Shown piece by piece: positions 35,510 to 47,400 of a stretch of 64,000 nt of DNA. This DNA comes from Elusimicrobiota bacterium (GTDB taxonomy: Bacteria > Elusimicrobiota > Endomicrobiia > Endomicrobiales > JBDRNC01). Where the stretch lies: positions 52,650-116,649 of the forward strand of contig JBDRNC010000035.1 of NCBI GenBank assembly GCA_043811535.1. The letters are read 5' to 3'. The position numbers and the translations under genes were made by a program. Within the stretch, counting starts at the first letter, position 1, and the number at the start of each line of letters is the position of its first letter. A model generated the notes under the pieces. The model saw nothing but the letters and a program-made list of their open reading frames with translations, had not been told where the DNA came from and did no database searches.

Positions 35510-37408
35510 ATGTCAAAAATCATCGGAATTGACTTAGGGACTTCAAACTCTGCCGCCGCCGTAATGGAAGGCGGCAAAACAACTATAGTACCGTCAGCCG
35601 AAGGCACTACACTCGGAGGCAAGGCCTTCCCGTCGTACGTGGCGTTCACTAAGGACGGTCAGCTTCTCGTAGGAGAACCCGCAAGGCGCCAGGCAGTGAC
35701 CAACCCCGAAGGCACGATTACCGCTTTCAAGAGAAAGATGGGCACCGACTTTAAATACCAGATCCACGGGAAGGAATTCACTCCGCAACAGTTGTCCGCG
35801 TTCATATTGCAGAAGGTTAAACGCGATGCGGAAGCTTTTCTCGGAGAACCTGTCGTCAAGGCAGTCATTACCGTGCCCGCTTACTTCAACGACAACCAGC
35901 GGCAGGCCACAAAAGACGCCGGATCTATCGCTGGCCTTGAAGTGGTCAGGCTTGTCAACGAACCGACTGCGGCTTCTCTCGCCTACGGCATAGACAAGGC
36001 AGGTAAGGAACAGAAAATTCTCGTCTTCGACCTCGGCGGCGGAACGCTCGACGTGACGGTAATGGAGATGGGCGCCGAAGGGACTTTTGAGGTGCTTTCT
36101 ACATCAGGCGACACCCAGCTCGGCGGAACCGATATGGATAACTCGCTGCTGGATTACGTCGCGGAAGATTTCCGCAAAGAGCACGGCATTGACCTCAGAA
36201 AAGACAAGATGGCTACGCAAAGGCTCAAGGAGGCCGTTGAAAAGGCAAAGATAGAACTGTCAAATGTGCTTGAAACCGACATCAACCTGCCTTTCATAAC
36301 CGCGGACGCTTCCGGACCGAAACACATGACGATGAAACTATCCCGGGCCACGCTTGAGAACATGGTCAGGCCTATCGTGGACCGCTGCAAGACATCCATA
36401 GATCAGGCGATATTCGATTCGAAACTCTCGATGGGTGGTATTTCGAAGATAATTCTTGTCGGCGGGCCCACCAGGATGCCGATTGTCCAGAAATTCGTTG
36501 AGGATTATGTCGGCAAGAAAGTGGAACACGGAATAGACCCGATGGAATGCGTGGCGGTAGGAGCTGGTATCCAGGCGGCAGTGCTGACCGGCGAGGTAAA
36601 AGACATACTTTTGCTGGATGTGACACCGCTCACGCTCGGCGTTGAAACGCTGGGAGGGGTCAGGACGCCTATTATAGAACGGAACACAACGATACCGGTC
36701 AAGCGCTCGCAGGTGTTTTCAACAGCGGCCGACAACCAGCCGTCGGTAGAAATACACGTTTTGCAGGGCGAAAGGCCGATGGCCAAGGATGACGTTTCGC
36801 TGGGAAGGTTTTACCTTGACGGCATACCGCCGGCTCCCAGAGGAGTCCCGCAGGTTGAAGTCACTTACGATATAGACGCAAACGGCATACTCCACGTTAT
36901 GGCCAAGGACCTCGGAACAGGAAAGGAACAGTCCATCAGGATAACGGCCCCCAACAAACTCAATAAGGATGACGTAGAAAAGTTTGTAAAGCAGGCGGAG
37001 CAATACGCCGCTGAAGATAAGACAAGGAAAGAGGAAGTCGAAGTCAAAAATGAAACGGACAACCTCGTTTACGCGACCGAAAAAGGCCTGAAGGAACACG
37101 GCGATAAGATAACGGCAAACGAACGGCTTGATCTAGAGCGAGCTCTTACCGAAACGAAAGAAACCCTCAAGGGCAGCGACATTGAAGCAATCAAGAGAGC
37201 TAAGGATAGTCTTACGACGGTTTCGCATAAGCTTGCGGAGACCATATACAGGGAAGCTCAGAAAAAAGCCGCGCAGAGCGCGCAAGGCGGTCCCGGTCAG
37301 GAAGCGGCAGGCCCTGCCGGCCAGCAGGAACAGCAGCAGGAGCCGAAACCGGAAGCGGGACAGGACGGGAAGGTAGTTGACGCAGAAGTTGTGGACGAAA
37401 ATAAGTAA
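35510..37408 (+). CDS. dnaK: Chaperone DnaK
   Basis: [28 protein letters not shown] and LLDVTPL. Confidence 0.98.
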   Translation: MSKIIGIDLGTSNSAAAVMEGGKTTIVPSAEGTTLGGKAFPSYVAFTKDGQLLVGEPARRQAVTNPEGTITAFKRKMGTDFKYQIHGKEFTPQQLSAFILQKVKRDAEAFLGEPVVKAVITVPAYFNDNQRQATKDAGSIAGLEVVRLVNEPTAASLAYGIDKAGKEQKILVFDLGGGTLDVTVMEMGAEGTFEVLSTSGDTQLGGTDMDNSLLDYVAEDFRKEHGIDLRKDKMATQRLKEAVEKAKIELSNVLETDINLPFITADASGPKHMTMKLSRATLENMVRPIVDRCKTSIDQAIFDSKLSMGGISKIILVGGPTRMPIVQKFVEDYVGKKVEHGIDPMECVAVGAGIQAAVLTGEVKDILLLDVTPLTLGVETLGGVRTPIIERNTTIPVKRSQVFSTAADNQPSVEIHVLQGERPMAKDDVSLGRFYLDGIPPAPRGVPQVEVTYDIDANGILHVMAKDLGTGKEQSIRITAPNKLNKDDVEKFVKQAEQYAAEDKTRKEEVEVKNETDNLVYATEKGLKEHGDKITANERLDLERALTETKETLKGSDIEAIKRAKDSLTTVSHKLAETIYREAQKKAAQSAQGGPGQEAAGPAGQQEQQQEPKPEAGQDGKVVDAEVVDENK

Positions 37409-37410
37409 AA

Positions 37411-37506
37411 CGATTACACTGATTTTAAACGGAGATTACACGGATAATTAATTGTTGTAATCTTTGCCGTAATCTGTGTAATCTTTGTAAAATATCTGCG
37501 CAATCG
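37411..37506. repeat. Second GATTACAC / GTGTAATC inverted 9-mer repeat hairpin
   Basis: cgattacactgatt...gattacacggat ... aatctgtgtaatc...atctgcgcaatcg. Confidence 0.75.
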
Positions 37507-37514
37507 TATTTATT

Positions 37515-38648
37515 ATGAAAAGAGATTACTACGAAATTCTGGGCGTTGTCAAAACCGCTTCTGAAGATGAGGTGAAAGCGGCTTACAGGCGCCTTGCGCT
37601 TAAATATCACCCGGACAAAAATCCGGGGGATAAGGCCGCGGAAGATAAATTCAAGGAGATCAATGAGGCCTACGAGATCCTTTCTTCGGATAAGAGGGCG
37701 CAGTATGACAGGTTTGGCCACGCCGGCGTCGGAACGGCGCCTCCGACTCCCGGAGGCGGCGGCGTGGGAGGATTCAGCGATTTTTCCGATTTCGGTTCCG
37801 TCAGCGATATGTTCGGCGACATGTTCGGTGATATTTTTCACGGAGCAGGGACCGGAGGGCGCAAGGGACAGCGTCAGCGCCGCGGCGAGGACCTTCAATA
37901 TTCTCTGGAGTTGCCGCTGGCGGATGCTGCGAGGGGGGCCGAAGCGACCATAGAAGTACCGCATTTCGAGCTATGTTCTCAGTGCGGCGGTTCCGGAGCC
38001 AGAACCGGTTCGTCTCCGAAACAATGTCCTCAATGCAAGGGAACGGGGCAGGTGCGCTACAGCCAGGGTTTCTTCTCGTTCAGCCAGACCTGTCCGAAAT
38101 GTCTGGGCGAAGGACAGATAATAGATAACCCGTGCGCACAGTGCAAAGGGACCGGAAGGCAGAAAATCAACAAAAAAATAACCGTAAGAGTTCCTCCTGG
38201 AGTGGATGAAGGCACGTCGCTGCGCGTCACAGGTGCAGGAGACATGCCCCCGCACGGCGGCCAGCCCGGCGATCTTTATGTTTTGCTGCACCTGAAAAAA
38301 GACCCGCGCTTCAAACGCCAGGGCGACGATCTCACGACAGAACTGAAGCTTTCTTTCCCGCAGGTGGTTTTAGGCGGGGACTTCGACGTCCCCACAATTG
38401 ATGGAAAGGTGAAATTGAAGATACAGCCCGGAACGCAGCCTGGAACTATATTACGCGTTCAGGAAGAAGGCATGCCGCGTCTCGGTAGAAAAGGAAAAGG
38501 TGATCTGCTCGTTAAAATAAATATTATTGTGCCCAAAAACCTTAACGAAAGACAAAAACTCGCTCTCAGACAGTTCATGCAGGCCTCCGGAAGCAGTGAA
38601 TCCGGCGGCGCAAACCAGTCGGGCGTTTTCAAAAAAGTATTCGGCTGA
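37515..38648 (+). CDS. dnaJ: Chaperone DnaJ
   Basis: J-domain HPD motif, G/F-rich region and four CxxCxGxG repeats. Confidence 0.97.
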   Translation: MKRDYYEILGVVKTASEDEVKAAYRRLALKYHPDKNPGDKAAEDKFKEINEAYEILSSDKRAQYDRFGHAGVGTAPPTPGGGGVGGFSDFSDFGSVSDMFGDMFGDIFHGAGTGGRKGQRQRRGEDLQYSLELPLADAARGAEATIEVPHFELCSQCGGSGARTGSSPKQCPQCKGTGQVRYSQGFFSFSQTCPKCLGEGQIIDNPCAQCKGTGRQKINKKITVRVPPGVDEGTSLRVTGAGDMPPHGGQPGDLYVLLHLKKDPRFKRQGDDLTTELKLSFPQVVLGGDFDVPTIDGKVKLKIQPGTQPGTILRVQEEGMPRLGRKGKGDLLVKINIIVPKNLNERQKLALRQFMQASGSSESGGANQSGVFKKVFG

Positions 38649-38660
38649 TATCCCGCCCCT

Positions 38661-39401
38661 ATGCCTCATTTTTTCGTCCCATCAAAAAACATCAAAAACG
38701 GAAGATTCGTCCTTAAAGGCGAAGAGGCCCTTCATATTTTGCGCGTCATGCGGCTTAAGCCGGGGGGCAACATGCAGCTTTTTGACGGCGAGGGGAAAAT
38801 CTACTCCGCGGAAATTGAATCGGCCGCTAAAGACGGCTTGTCCGGAAGAATATTGAGCGAAAACCAATCATGTCAGGTAAAAACAAAGATAAACCTTTTT
38901 CAGGCGGTCCCAAAAGGCGAACGAATGGACTGGCTGGTAGAAAAAGTCGCGGAACTGGGCATTGGTAAAATCACGCCTATTATCACAGAAAGAAGCGTTA
39001 TCAGGGAAATAGCCGCGCAGAAAATTGAAAGATGGAAACGGCTTTCTCAGGCGGCCAGCAAACAGTGCGGGCGTGCCGACCTGATGATCATCGAAAAACC
39101 GCTGATATTCGCCGAGGCCATCGAAGGTATTCCAAAAGATGCGGCCAGCATCATACCGTGGGAGGCTGAAGGAGCAAGAGCGGTCAATGATATCGCCGTG
39201 CAGCTTCGCGGGAGTAACAGCATCAATATTTTCATCGGCCCGGAAGGGGGGTTCACATTCGGCGAAATTGAATCGGCGAAGAACGCAGGTATACTGCCCG
39301 TTACGCTCGGTTCAAGGATATTACGTGTTGAAACAGCCGGAATAGTTTCAGCGGTGCTCGTATTGAACGTCTCCGGAGAATTCGACAGGGAAATAAAATG
39401 A
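38661..39401 (+). CDS. rsmE: 16S rRNA m3U1498 methyltransferase
   Basis: HILRVMR, EKVAELG, IGPEGGF and LGSRILRVETA. Confidence 0.95.
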   Translation: MPHFFVPSKNIKNGRFVLKGEEALHILRVMRLKPGGNMQLFDGEGKIYSAEIESAAKDGLSGRILSENQSCQVKTKINLFQAVPKGERMDWLVEKVAELGIGKITPIITERSVIREIAAQKIERWKRLSQAASKQCGRADLMIIEKPLIFAEAIEGIPKDAASIIPWEAEGARAVNDIAVQLRGSNSINIFIGPEGGFTFGEIESAKNAGILPVTLGSRILRVETAGIVSAVLVLNVSGEFDREIK

Positions 39402-40612
39402 AAACCGCGTTCCTTAAGACATTCGGGTGCAAAGTCAACCAGTACGAAAGCCAACTGATACAGGAAAGGTTCAAATCGTCCGGATATTCTCTCGCGGATT
39501 CATATGAAAACGCGGATATCGCATTAATAAACTCCTGCACGGTAACGGCGGAAGCCGACAGGGAATGCAGACAGCTGATAAGAAGGATACAGAAGAGGAA
39601 CCCGCAGGCGAAGATAATCCTTACGGGATGTTATTTGAATAGGGCGCCCGAAGAACTCCGTAAAATATTTTCCACTGTAACTTTTAAAAAAAATAAGGAA
39701 AAGATCTTCAATGGGGAAAAACCGCGGCCGGGCGCAATAACGTCATTTGACAAACACACGCGGGCGTTCGTAAAGATACAAGATGGGTGCGACGCGTTTT
39801 GTTCCTACTGCATAGTCCCCTATGTCCGTCCTAAACTTACAAGCCGCGATGAGAACGAGATACTTCACGAAATATCCGAACTAGTAGGCAATGGCTATCC
39901 TGAGATCGTACTGTCGGGCATCAGGCTCGGAAAATACGCCGGAGCGGGCGGCCTTCCGGGACTGCTGTCAAAAGCCGTCAAACTGCCTGGAATTTTCAGG
40001 ATAAGGCTTTCATCGCTTGAGCCCGGAGAAGTAACTCCGGAACTGATAGATCTCATGAGCCTAAACAGGAACAGAATATGCTGGCACCTGCATGTCCCTC
40101 TACAGTCGGGTTCAGATAATGTGCTCAAACTCATGAACAGACCGTACAGGACATCCGCATATATTAAGGTAATCGCTAACATCATGGCGAAACTGCCGGA
40201 AGCCGGCGTTACTACGGATGTAATAGTCGGGTTCCCGGGAGAAACCGAAAAAGATTTTGATAATACATATGATTTTATTAATAAATGCGGCTTCAGCAGA
40301 CTGCATGTTTTCAAGTTTTCCGAAAGGGAAGGAACGGCTGCCGCGAATATGCCGGGTGCCGTTGATGCAGATACCGCTAAAAACCGCTCAAAACGTCTCA
40401 GGGAACTCGACACCTCTTTGCAGCGCTCTTTCTGGAAGAAATTCGTCGCAAAAATCCTGAACGTTGTCCGCGAAAGTGAAAGCGGTTTCTTGATATCGGA
40501 CAACTATATAAGGATAGCCGCCTCACCCGAGGCAATAAGCGGAGCTTGCCCGATTTTCAACGCTAAAATATCGGAAAAAAACGGCCTACCTTTCGGTATC
40601 CCGTATAAATAA
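39398..40612 (+). CDS. mtaB: tRNA t6A37 methylthiotransferase MtaB
   Basis: TFGCKVNQYES, NSCTVT and VKIQDGCDAFCSYC, in the usual position after rsmE. Confidence 0.9.
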   Translation: MKTAFLKTFGCKVNQYESQLIQERFKSSGYSLADSYENADIALINSCTVTAEADRECRQLIRRIQKRNPQAKIILTGCYLNRAPEELRKIFSTVTFKKNKEKIFNGEKPRPGAITSFDKHTRAFVKIQDGCDAFCSYCIVPYVRPKLTSRDENEILHEISELVGNGYPEIVLSGIRLGKYAGAGGLPGLLSKAVKLPGIFRIRLSSLEPGEVTPELIDLMSLNRNRICWHLHVPLQSGSDNVLKLMNRPYRTSAYIKVIANIMAKLPEAGVTTDVIVGFPGETEKDFDNTYDFINKCGFSRLHVFKFSEREGTAAANMPGAVDADTAKNRSKRLRELDTSLQRSFWKKFVAKILNVVRESESGFLISDNYIRIAASPEAISGACPIFNAKISEKNGLPFGIPYK

Positions 40613-40627
40613 AAAATCGCAGAAACC

Positions 40628-40656
40628 TTGCAAAATTAACTGCTTTCTGTTATAAT
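40628..40656 (+). promoter_or_regulatory. Sigma70-type promoter upstream of HIT-rpsU
   Basis: TTGCAA-17 bp-TATAAT with extended -10 TG. Confidence 0.65.
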
Positions 40657-40791
40657 TACTAAACATACGGCATGGGGGCATGACCTTTTTACGAAATGTA
40701 TTAGGGTAAGTTTTATTTTTACCTACAAAGGGCCTTTTATTATTCTGTCAGGATTTTCCCGGCTTTTTTGTATTTACTACGGCTTTGTAAA

Positions 40792-41133
40792 ATGGATTGT
40801 ATTTTCTGTAAGATTGCCTCTAAGATAATTCCTTCAGCAGTCGTGTTTGAGGACGACTCATTACTGGCGTTCAGAGACATAAATCCTGTGGCGCCGGTGC
40901 ATATTCTGATAATACCCAAGAAGCATATAGCAGGGATAGAGACGATTACTGAAAATGACAATGCGCTACTCGGCCGTATACTTAACACCGCAAGGGATCT
41001 GGCAGTAAAAGAGAATATTGATAAAGGCGGTTACAGAGTTGTCATTAACAGCGGGCCCGATTCTGGGCAGCTGGTCGCTCATCTGCACTTCCACTTAGTC
41101 GGCGGTAGGAAAGGCGTAAAAGAAATTTTTTAA
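40792..41133 (+). CDS. Histidine triad (HIT/HinT) nucleotide-binding protein
   Basis: [20 protein letters not shown] and HLHFHLVGG. Confidence 0.93.
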   Translation: MDCIFCKIASKIIPSAVVFEDDSLLAFRDINPVAPVHILIIPKKHIAGIETITENDNALLGRILNTARDLAVKENIDKGGYRVVINSGPDSGQLVAHLHFHLVGGRKGVKEIF

Positions 41134-41168
41134 ATTCAGCATATAAGAAAGGTGGTGTTCGTTATATC

Positions 41169-41375
41169 ATGGTTAACATAAGGGTTCGCGATGGCGAATC
41201 CATCGAAGACGCAATACGCCGTTTCAAGCGCGAGTGCGAGCGCAACGGAATCATGCAGGAAATCAAGAAACGGGAATTCTACCGCGCTCCAAGCGTTGTG
41301 CGCAAAGAAAAACTTGCGGAAGCAAAACGTAAAATGCGCCGGAGAATGATGAAAGAAAATCGATGGGCACGCTGA
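41169..41375 (+). CDS. rpsU: 30S ribosomal protein S21
   Basis: [16 protein letters not shown]...REFYRAPS. Confidence 0.95.
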   Translation: MVNIRVRDGESIEDAIRRFKRECERNGIMQEIKKREFYRAPSVVRKEKLAEAKRKMRRRMMKENRWAR

Positions 41376-41466
41376 CTTCAAGACACTACGAAATAAATTC
41401 GGAATGCAGTGCGGACACAACCGCGGAAAAAGTTGATAACTCCGGAGGTTTTTTTATTTATTTCCT

Positions 41467-42432
41467 ATGAAACTAAAACAATTGTACGAATTCTTCATTC
41501 AGCAGGGCATCAAGAGAGATCCTAGAGGCGCACAAGCGGTCAAAAAACTGTTGAAAGAACGAAAAGAAAGATACGAAAAACTCCCGCCGGAAGAGAAAGA
41601 GGGATATGACGTTGAAATGCTCTCGAATCCCTACGCCGACTCGCGCATTCTTAACGGCACCGGCGAAGAGGAAGTGAAATCCGTGCTTCTGGGCATTGAC
41701 ATGGAGACGCCGGAGATACTGCTCGCAAACACGCTGAAGGCAGGCGGAAAGAACATAGATCTCGTATTAACGCACCATCCGGAAGGCAAGGCGTACGCCA
41801 CTTTTTATAATGTCATGAGCATGCAGGCCGATATTTTCAATAAATTCGGCGTTCCAATAAACATTGCCGAAGCTATGACAGAAGCTCGGTTGAAAGAAGT
41901 GGGGAGAAAGGTAATGCCCCAAAATCATTCGCGTGCGGTTGACGCGGCGAAGCTTCTTGGACTGCCGTACATGTCCGCGCACACGGTAGCTGATAATCAT
42001 GTAACGACTTTTCTGCAGGAACTGTTTGACAACGAGAAACCGGACCGTTTGAACGACGTTATGAAGATACTGAAGGCGATACCCGAATATAAGACGGCGA
42101 CTGAAGAAACAACCGGGCCGACGATACTCACGGGCGGCAAGGACAGCAGGGCGGGTAAGATATTTGTGGACATGACTGGCGGAACGGAACCCGCTAAGGA
42201 ACTCCTGGAGAAACTTGCAGACGCAGGTATCGGGACAATGATATGCATGCACATGAGCGATGAACACTATAAACTTGCAGAAAAACATAACATCCGCGTT
42301 GTAATAGCCGGGCATATTTCCTCGGACAATCTAGGCCTTAACCTTCTGCTGGATGAAGCGGAGAAGGAATTCGGGCCGATCCAGATTTTGGAATGTTCCG
42401 GCTTCCGCCGCTTCCGCAGGTCTAAAAAGTAA
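41467..42432 (+). CDS. Nif3-like dinuclear metal-centre protein
   Basis: NPYADSRIL, THHPEG, HTVADN and AGHISSDNLG. Confidence 0.75.
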   Translation: MKLKQLYEFFIQQGIKRDPRGAQAVKKLLKERKERYEKLPPEEKEGYDVEMLSNPYADSRILNGTGEEEVKSVLLGIDMETPEILLANTLKAGGKNIDLVLTHHPEGKAYATFYNVMSMQADIFNKFGVPINIAEAMTEARLKEVGRKVMPQNHSRAVDAAKLLGLPYMSAHTVADNHVTTFLQELFDNEKPDRLNDVMKILKAIPEYKTATEETTGPTILTGGKDSRAGKIFVDMTGGTEPAKELLEKLADAGIGTMICMHMSDEHYKLAEKHNIRVVIAGHISSDNLGLNLLLDEAEKEFGPIQILECSGFRRFRRSKK

Positions 42433-42435
42433 CCT

Positions 42436-44175
42436 ATGACATTTACCCAGGAAACAATCGAACAGATCCGGCTGGCCACCGATATCGTCGAGCTGGTCAG
42501 GGAATACGTGCCGTCTTTAAAAAAAGCCGGCAGGAACTGGAAGGCCAACTGCCCGTTCCACAAGGAAAAAACCCCCTCTTTCATGGTCAGTGCCGATAAA
42601 GGCATCTTCCACTGCTTCGGATGCAACGCGGGCGGGGACGCTTTCAAGTTCGTCATGCTTACGGATAACCTGACCTGGCCTGAAGCCGTATCAAAACTCG
42701 GCAAAAGGTGCGGCATCGAAATAAAAGAGACCCGCGAGGATGTCGTCAAAAAGTCTGATAAACAGAAGATATATGACCTGTTGGAACAAGCCGCGGACTA
42801 TTACAACAGGTGCCTGACCGATTTACCTGAAAGCTCAAACGTAAAAAAATATATCAGAGAACGCGGTATAACCGAAAAGACAGTTGAAAAATTCAAGATA
42901 GGTTACGCTCAGCCGAAACGGCTCCAGGCGGCCGCGGCAAAGAAGGGTTTTTCTCCGGAACAGTTGCTTGCCGCCGGGCTGATCACAAAAACCGACAGGG
43001 GAACTTATTTCGAATATATGTCGGACAGACTAGTATTCCCGGTATTTGATACTCAGGGCCGCGTAGTCGCGTTCGGAGGCAGGACGCTGAAAAACGATGA
43101 GCCCAAATACCTGAACACACCCGAAACACTGGTTTATTCCAAATCGTTCCATCTTTACGGCTTATTCCAGGCACTCCCCGAGATCAGGGAAACCAAAGAG
43201 ATAATAGTGCTGGAAGGATATATGGATGTTGTGGTGACGCATCAGGAAGGCTCGTTGAATACCGTCGCCACTCTCGGCACAGCTTTCACGCAACAGCATG
43301 CAGGCATAATAAACCGCTACGCGGATAAAGTATTTTTGATGTTCGATTCGGACGCCGCTGGGAACCAAGCCGCGCGCAGGGCGGCCGAAATCCTTGCGGA
43401 TTCTGAACTTTCTGTAAAAGTGGCGAACCTGCCGGAATCGCAGGATCCCGACGAATTCATACTCAAACACGGAAAAAAAGAATTCCTGTCTTTCCTGGGA
43501 ACAAACAGCAGATCGATGATTGACTTCATCACCGACCAGATTTACGCATCAAATCCTTCGGATGAGCCGCACGCCAAGGCAAAAAAAGTCGCGGAAATGG
43601 TGCCTGTCATCAACAGCATAAAAAACGCGGTAATAAGGCATGAATGGGTAAAAATCTGCTCTGAAAAGTTTAAAACATCAGAAGCATCGATTGACGCTGA
43701 GTTGAAACGCTTCGGCAGAAGAGACAAGTTGCGCCCCGCGCAGGACGCCGGCGGCCCGAAAGCGGGCGCGGTAACTTTCGTAAGAACGGCGGAGGAAGAG
43801 ATTCTCCAAATTGTACTTTCTTATCCGCAGTACGCGCAGTTGATAAATGATGGCATTTTCAGGGACGATAAACTTAAAAACATATTTAAGTTCATATCAA
43901 AAGGATTAAGAGCTGATGATATAGCAACGCATCTGGATGAAAAGGATACCGGCTGGTTCACGGAACTCGTGATGGAAGAAAAAAACTATTCACATCCAGA
44001 GCAAATACTTCTCAATCTTGTCAAGGACATAATGCAGAAAGACCTTGAGAGCCAGCGCAAGGAGCTTGAAAAGGAAGTCGTAATGATGATGAGTGGGCAG
44101 ATACCTTCCGACGACGGAAAAATCCGCCTGTACCACGACCTTAACAGGCAATTGAAAGGTTCGGTAAAAATATAA
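42436..44175 (+). CDS. dnaG: DNA primase
   Basis: [11 protein letters not shown]...CFGC zinc finger, [18 protein letters not shown] and FDSDAAG. Confidence 0.97.
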   Translation: MTFTQETIEQIRLATDIVELVREYVPSLKKAGRNWKANCPFHKEKTPSFMVSADKGIFHCFGCNAGGDAFKFVMLTDNLTWPEAVSKLGKRCGIEIKETREDVVKKSDKQKIYDLLEQAADYYNRCLTDLPESSNVKKYIRERGITEKTVEKFKIGYAQPKRLQAAAAKKGFSPEQLLAAGLITKTDRGTYFEYMSDRLVFPVFDTQGRVVAFGGRTLKNDEPKYLNTPETLVYSKSFHLYGLFQALPEIRETKEIIVLEGYMDVVVTHQEGSLNTVATLGTAFTQQHAGIINRYADKVFLMFDSDAAGNQAARRAAEILADSELSVKVANLPESQDPDEFILKHGKKEFLSFLGTNSRSMIDFITDQIYASNPSDEPHAKAKKVAEMVPVINSIKNAVIRHEWVKICSEKFKTSEASIDAELKRFGRRDKLRPAQDAGGPKAGAVTFVRTAEEEILQIVLSYPQYAQLINDGIFRDDKLKNIFKFISKGLRADDIATHLDEKDTGWFTELVMEEKNYSHPEQILLNLVKDIMQKDLESQRKELEKEVVMMMSGQIPSDDGKIRLYHDLNRQLKGSVKI

Positions 44176-45899
44176 TGGGCAAGAACGAAAGCATGTTCAA
44201 GGAACTGATACAGCTCGGCAAGGAACACGGCTATCTCACGTACGACGAGATCAACCGCGGCATTCCAGGCACTTCAGTGCCGGCAGAAGAAATAGATAAA
44301 TTTTTTGGCATGCTTGACGATCTGGGCATACCGGTAGTCGAGCAGGAAAAAGAAGAGACGCCTAAACAGGAAGTGGTTGTCGAACACAGCGCAGCGCCGG
44401 TGCACAAGTCCGAAGAGGACGAAATAACGAATCCCGTGAGAATGTATCTCAGCGAGATGGCAAAAGTTCCGCTGCTTGACCGCGCAACCGAAGTGGAACT
44501 TGCCAGGCGCCTCAGGGAAAATGAAAAAAGACTCAGGCTTATAGTTTTGGAATCGCCGCTCATATTGAAAGAAATACGCACGTGGGAAACGCTCATAAGC
44601 CAGCATGAGATGACGCCTAAAGAATTGATGCCGCGCGGGAGGAAATCGGCCGCGCAGCTCAGGCGCATGAGGCAGAAAATCAAGAAGGCCGTCCAGAAAA
44701 TTAATATCTTCGAGAAGAAAATAAAAACAGGCGAGCAAAAATTAAGCAAAAAAAGCCTGACACCAAAGGAACGCGCGAAATTTGAAAAGTTCATAGCCCA
44801 TGAACGTTGCAAAGGTATTAAGCTGATAATAAGCCTGAACCTGAACCAGGATAAGATCAAGAGGCTGACGAATAAAATAAAAACAACGGCGCAGAAACTT
44901 CGCGAGCTTGACGAAGAGATTCTAAGGTACGAGCGCCGGCTGAAGATGCCTTACACGAAACTGCTGAGCCTTTACAGGCTGGGAAAGAGACGTAAGATCT
45001 CCTCAACCGAATTCAAGCGTCAGACGGGTTATACCCTGACGGGCTCGGAGGCTCTTGTCCAGAACCTGGAAAATATCATAATAAAACAGCGCAAGATTGA
45101 AGAAGGCCTGCCCGTTTCCAAAGATGAGCTGCTTGAAACGGACCATAAAATACGCGAACTCGAGCATTTGATACACGATGACAAGATGAAGCTTATTGAA
45201 GCCAACTTCAGGCTAGTTGTTTCCATAGCAAAAAAGCACGTAGGGATAAGCAATCTGGAGCTTTCCGATCTTATACAAGAGGGGAACCTTGGCCTTTCCA
45301 AAGCTGTTGAAAAATTTGAATGGAAACGCGGGTTCAAGTTTTCCACATACGCCACGTGGTGGATCAGACAGTCCATAAACCGCGCGATTGCCGACCAGGC
45401 GCGGACCATCAGAATCCCTGTCCACATGAAAGAGCTTATCTCAAAACTTACAAAAATTAAGAAAAAATATCTCCAGGAATACGGCAGGGAGCCCGCTATA
45501 GAGGAATACACGCGCTTTCTAAAACTTTCATCCGAAAGAGTAAGGCGCGTTTTGAAGATGATGCAAGAACCGGTTTCCCTGGCGACGCCCATAGGAGAGG
45601 AAGAGGATTCGAGGCTCGAAGATTTTATTGAGGATGAGAGCAATCCGAATCCCGTTCAGAAAACGAATCATTACAGGCTGCAGCTTGAGATAGAGAAGGT
45701 CTTGAGCACGCTTACCCCGCGCGAAGCGGATATTATCAGGTTGCGCTACGGCGTAGGAGTCGGTTATCCCAGGACTCTTGAAGAAGTTGGAAAGATATTC
45801 GGGGTTACAAGGGAACGCGTGCGCCAGATCGAGGCCAAGGCCATCAGGAAGCTAAGACATCCTTCAAGAAGCAAGATTTTGAAGGAATATTTGGAATAA
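44175..45899 (+). CDS. rpoD: Primary RNA polymerase sigma factor RpoD
   Basis: Region 1.1 (GYLTYDEIN), [27 protein letters not shown] and [12 protein letters not shown]. Confidence 0.96.
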   Translation: MGKNESMFKELIQLGKEHGYLTYDEINRGIPGTSVPAEEIDKFFGMLDDLGIPVVEQEKEETPKQEVVVEHSAAPVHKSEEDEITNPVRMYLSEMAKVPLLDRATEVELARRLRENEKRLRLIVLESPLILKEIRTWETLISQHEMTPKELMPRGRKSAAQLRRMRQKIKKAVQKINIFEKKIKTGEQKLSKKSLTPKERAKFEKFIAHERCKGIKLIISLNLNQDKIKRLTNKIKTTAQKLRELDEEILRYERRLKMPYTKLLSLYRLGKRRKISSTEFKRQTGYTLTGSEALVQNLENIIIKQRKIEEGLPVSKDELLETDHKIRELEHLIHDDKMKLIEANFRLVVSIAKKHVGISNLELSDLIQEGNLGLSKAVEKFEWKRGFKFSTYATWWIRQSINRAIADQARTIRIPVHMKELISKLTKIKKKYLQEYGREPAIEEYTRFLKLSSERVRRVLKMMQEPVSLATPIGEEEDSRLEDFIEDESNPNPVQKTNHYRLQLEIEKVLSTLTPREADIIRLRYGVGVGYPRTLEEVGKIFGVTRERVRQIEAKAIRKLRHPSRSKILKEYLE

Positions 45900-45903
45900 C
45901 TGG

Positions 45904-45932
45904 TTGATTTTTCTGTGGCTTATTGATATAAT
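45904..45932 (+). promoter_or_regulatory. Probable promoter for the tRNA genes
   Basis: TTGATT-17 bp-TATAAT with extended -10 TG. Confidence 0.6.
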
Positions 45933-46100
45933 AACGCAAGTTTTTTGAAATGAGTCGCTAAAATATATTTTCAGGTTTTTAGAAAAAGACTTTTTTGAAA
46001 TTCGATATTTGAAAGTTGACCGCAGTTTCGCAGGCAGGTGTAATCAACTGCTCACCTATCTCCTGCTCAACTGCTCTAAAATTTTGCTATGCAAAATTTT

Positions 46101-46174
46101 GGGCCAGTAGCTCAGTTGGTTAGAGCAGACGACTCATAATCGTCGGGTCGTGGGTTCAAGTCCTACCTGGCCCA
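46101..46174 (+). tRNA. tRNA with CAT anticodon, most likely tRNA-Ile2 (lysidine); CCA not encoded
   Basis: Acceptor stem GGGCCAG/CTGGCCC, anticodon arm GACGA-CTCATAA-TCGTC and GTTCAAG T-loop. It resembles ileX-type tRNAs and lies downstream of rpoD. Confidence 0.85.
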
Positions 46175-46188
46175 AATGTTACTACAAG

Positions 46189-46302
46189 CTCGAAATTATA
46201 AATTCGAAACTCGAAGTAAAAGCCAAACTTCATATTTTCCAAATATTCTATTATTTGAAATTTAGAGTTTATTTCGGATTTCGAACTTCGGTTTTCGAGT
46301 TT
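46189..46302. repeat. Inverted pair of 7-bp tandem repeats between the tRNAs
   Basis: ctcgaaa ttataaa ttcgaaa ctcgaag ... tttcgga tttcgaa cttcggt tttcgag. Confidence 0.75.
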
Positions 46303-46310
46303 GCCCCAAA

Positions 46311-46382
46311 GGGTAGTTAGCTCAGCGGAAGAGCACTTCCCTCACACGGAAGGGGCCGCAGGTTCAAATCCTGCACTACCCA
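46311..46382 (+). tRNA. tRNA-Val (CAC); CCA not encoded
   Basis: Acceptor stem GGGTAGT/ACTACCC, anticodon arm CTTCC-CTCACAC-GGAAG and GTTCAAAT T-loop. Confidence 0.92.
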
Positions 46383-46519
46383 GTATAGATGTCAGTTTTG
46401 AATAATCGTTAGATAATTTGGCAAATAGATAAATGCCGGCATCAACATTGCGCCTCGTTTTTTGGCGCACTACGCACTAGTAAATTTATAGATTCGAATC
46501 GGTCTGAAGAAAGGACGAA

Positions 46520-47230
46520 ATGGACGCGTTTAAAGACAAGTTGAATTTGCTGATAACTCTGCAAGAAAAAGACGCAGTTCTTGACAGTCTCAGATTGCAG
46601 GCCGAAGCAGTGCCTGTAAAGATTGATGAACTCAACGCGAAGATCGAAGAAACGCGCGCGGCTTTCGACTCTTTAAAAAATGAAATAACTCAACTGCAGG
46701 TCACGAAGAGGCAGAAAGAACTTGAACTCGAAGGTCAAGAAACCGAAATAAAGAAACACACGTCGGAACTAAACTCGATCAAAAAAAATGACGCTTATAA
46801 GGCTCTTCTTTCCGAGATAGAAGAATCAAATCATGCGAAATCACTTCTCGAAAATGAGATACTTGAGATAATGGAAAAAATAGATGTCGAGTCCAAAGAA
46901 GTAAGGGAAAGGGAAAGGCAGAATAGACAGGAAGAGGCGCACGTTCAAGTAGAGATATCGAAACTTGAAATTGAACTTAACGGACTGAACGGCGAGGTTT
47001 CAAAACTGGATTCCGAGCGGCAGGAATTCGCCAAGAACGTGCCGGATAATCTTCAGAAGAAATACGATTATATCAGGGAAGGCAGAAGCGGTTTGGCGAT
47101 CGTATATATTGACGGGGAAAACTGCAGCGGATGCCATATCGCGTTAAGACCGCAGATCATCAACGAAGTTTTCAAGGAACAGGATTTTGTATACTGTGAC
47201 AGCTGTTCGAGAATCCTTTACAAGAAATGA
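46520..47230 (+). CDS. Coiled-coil protein with C-terminal C4 zinc ribbon (DUF164/CT398-like)
   Basis: Long coiled coil followed by CSGCHIAL...CDSCSRILY. Confidence 0.88.
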   Translation: MDAFKDKLNLLITLQEKDAVLDSLRLQAEAVPVKIDELNAKIEETRAAFDSLKNEITQLQVTKRQKELELEGQETEIKKHTSELNSIKKNDAYKALLSEIEESNHAKSLLENEILEIMEKIDVESKEVRERERQNRQEEAHVQVEISKLEIELNGLNGEVSKLDSERQEFAKNVPDNLQKKYDYIREGRSGLAIVYIDGENCSGCHIALRPQIINEVFKEQDFVYCDSCSRILYKK

Positions 47231-47234
47231 TAAC

Positions 47235-47400
47235 TGAGTTGGCTGTAAAACCTTTTTTAGAAGCGATATTTTGGGCTTTGAGCCGAGGCAAGGCGGACGA
47301 AACGAGCATATGCTCGACGGAGTATATGTAAGATGAGTCCAACGAAGCCGCAGGCCAAAGAACAAAATTGCAGCCTAAAAGGGGTTTTTCAGCCAACTCA
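47235..47400. mobile_element. 166-bp inverted-repeat (MITE-like) element at the rnhA 5' end
   Basis: TGAGTTGGCTGTAAAACC ... GGTTTTTCAGCCAACTCA (17/18 match, extending imperfectly to about 38 bp). Confidence 0.7.

Noticed and set aside
41405..41445. Possible DnaA boxes upstream of the Nif3-like gene and dnaG
   Set aside because: The matches have two or more mismatches, which is too weak to support.
46101..46174. tRNA-Met (initiator or elongator)
   Set aside because: It lacks the initiator C1:A72 mismatch and the GGG/CCC anticodon stem, and it resembles Ile2 tRNAs. Elongator Met is not fully excluded.
46101..46520. Prophage or island integrated at the tRNAs
   Set aside because: No integrase and no duplicated tRNA 3' end were seen.
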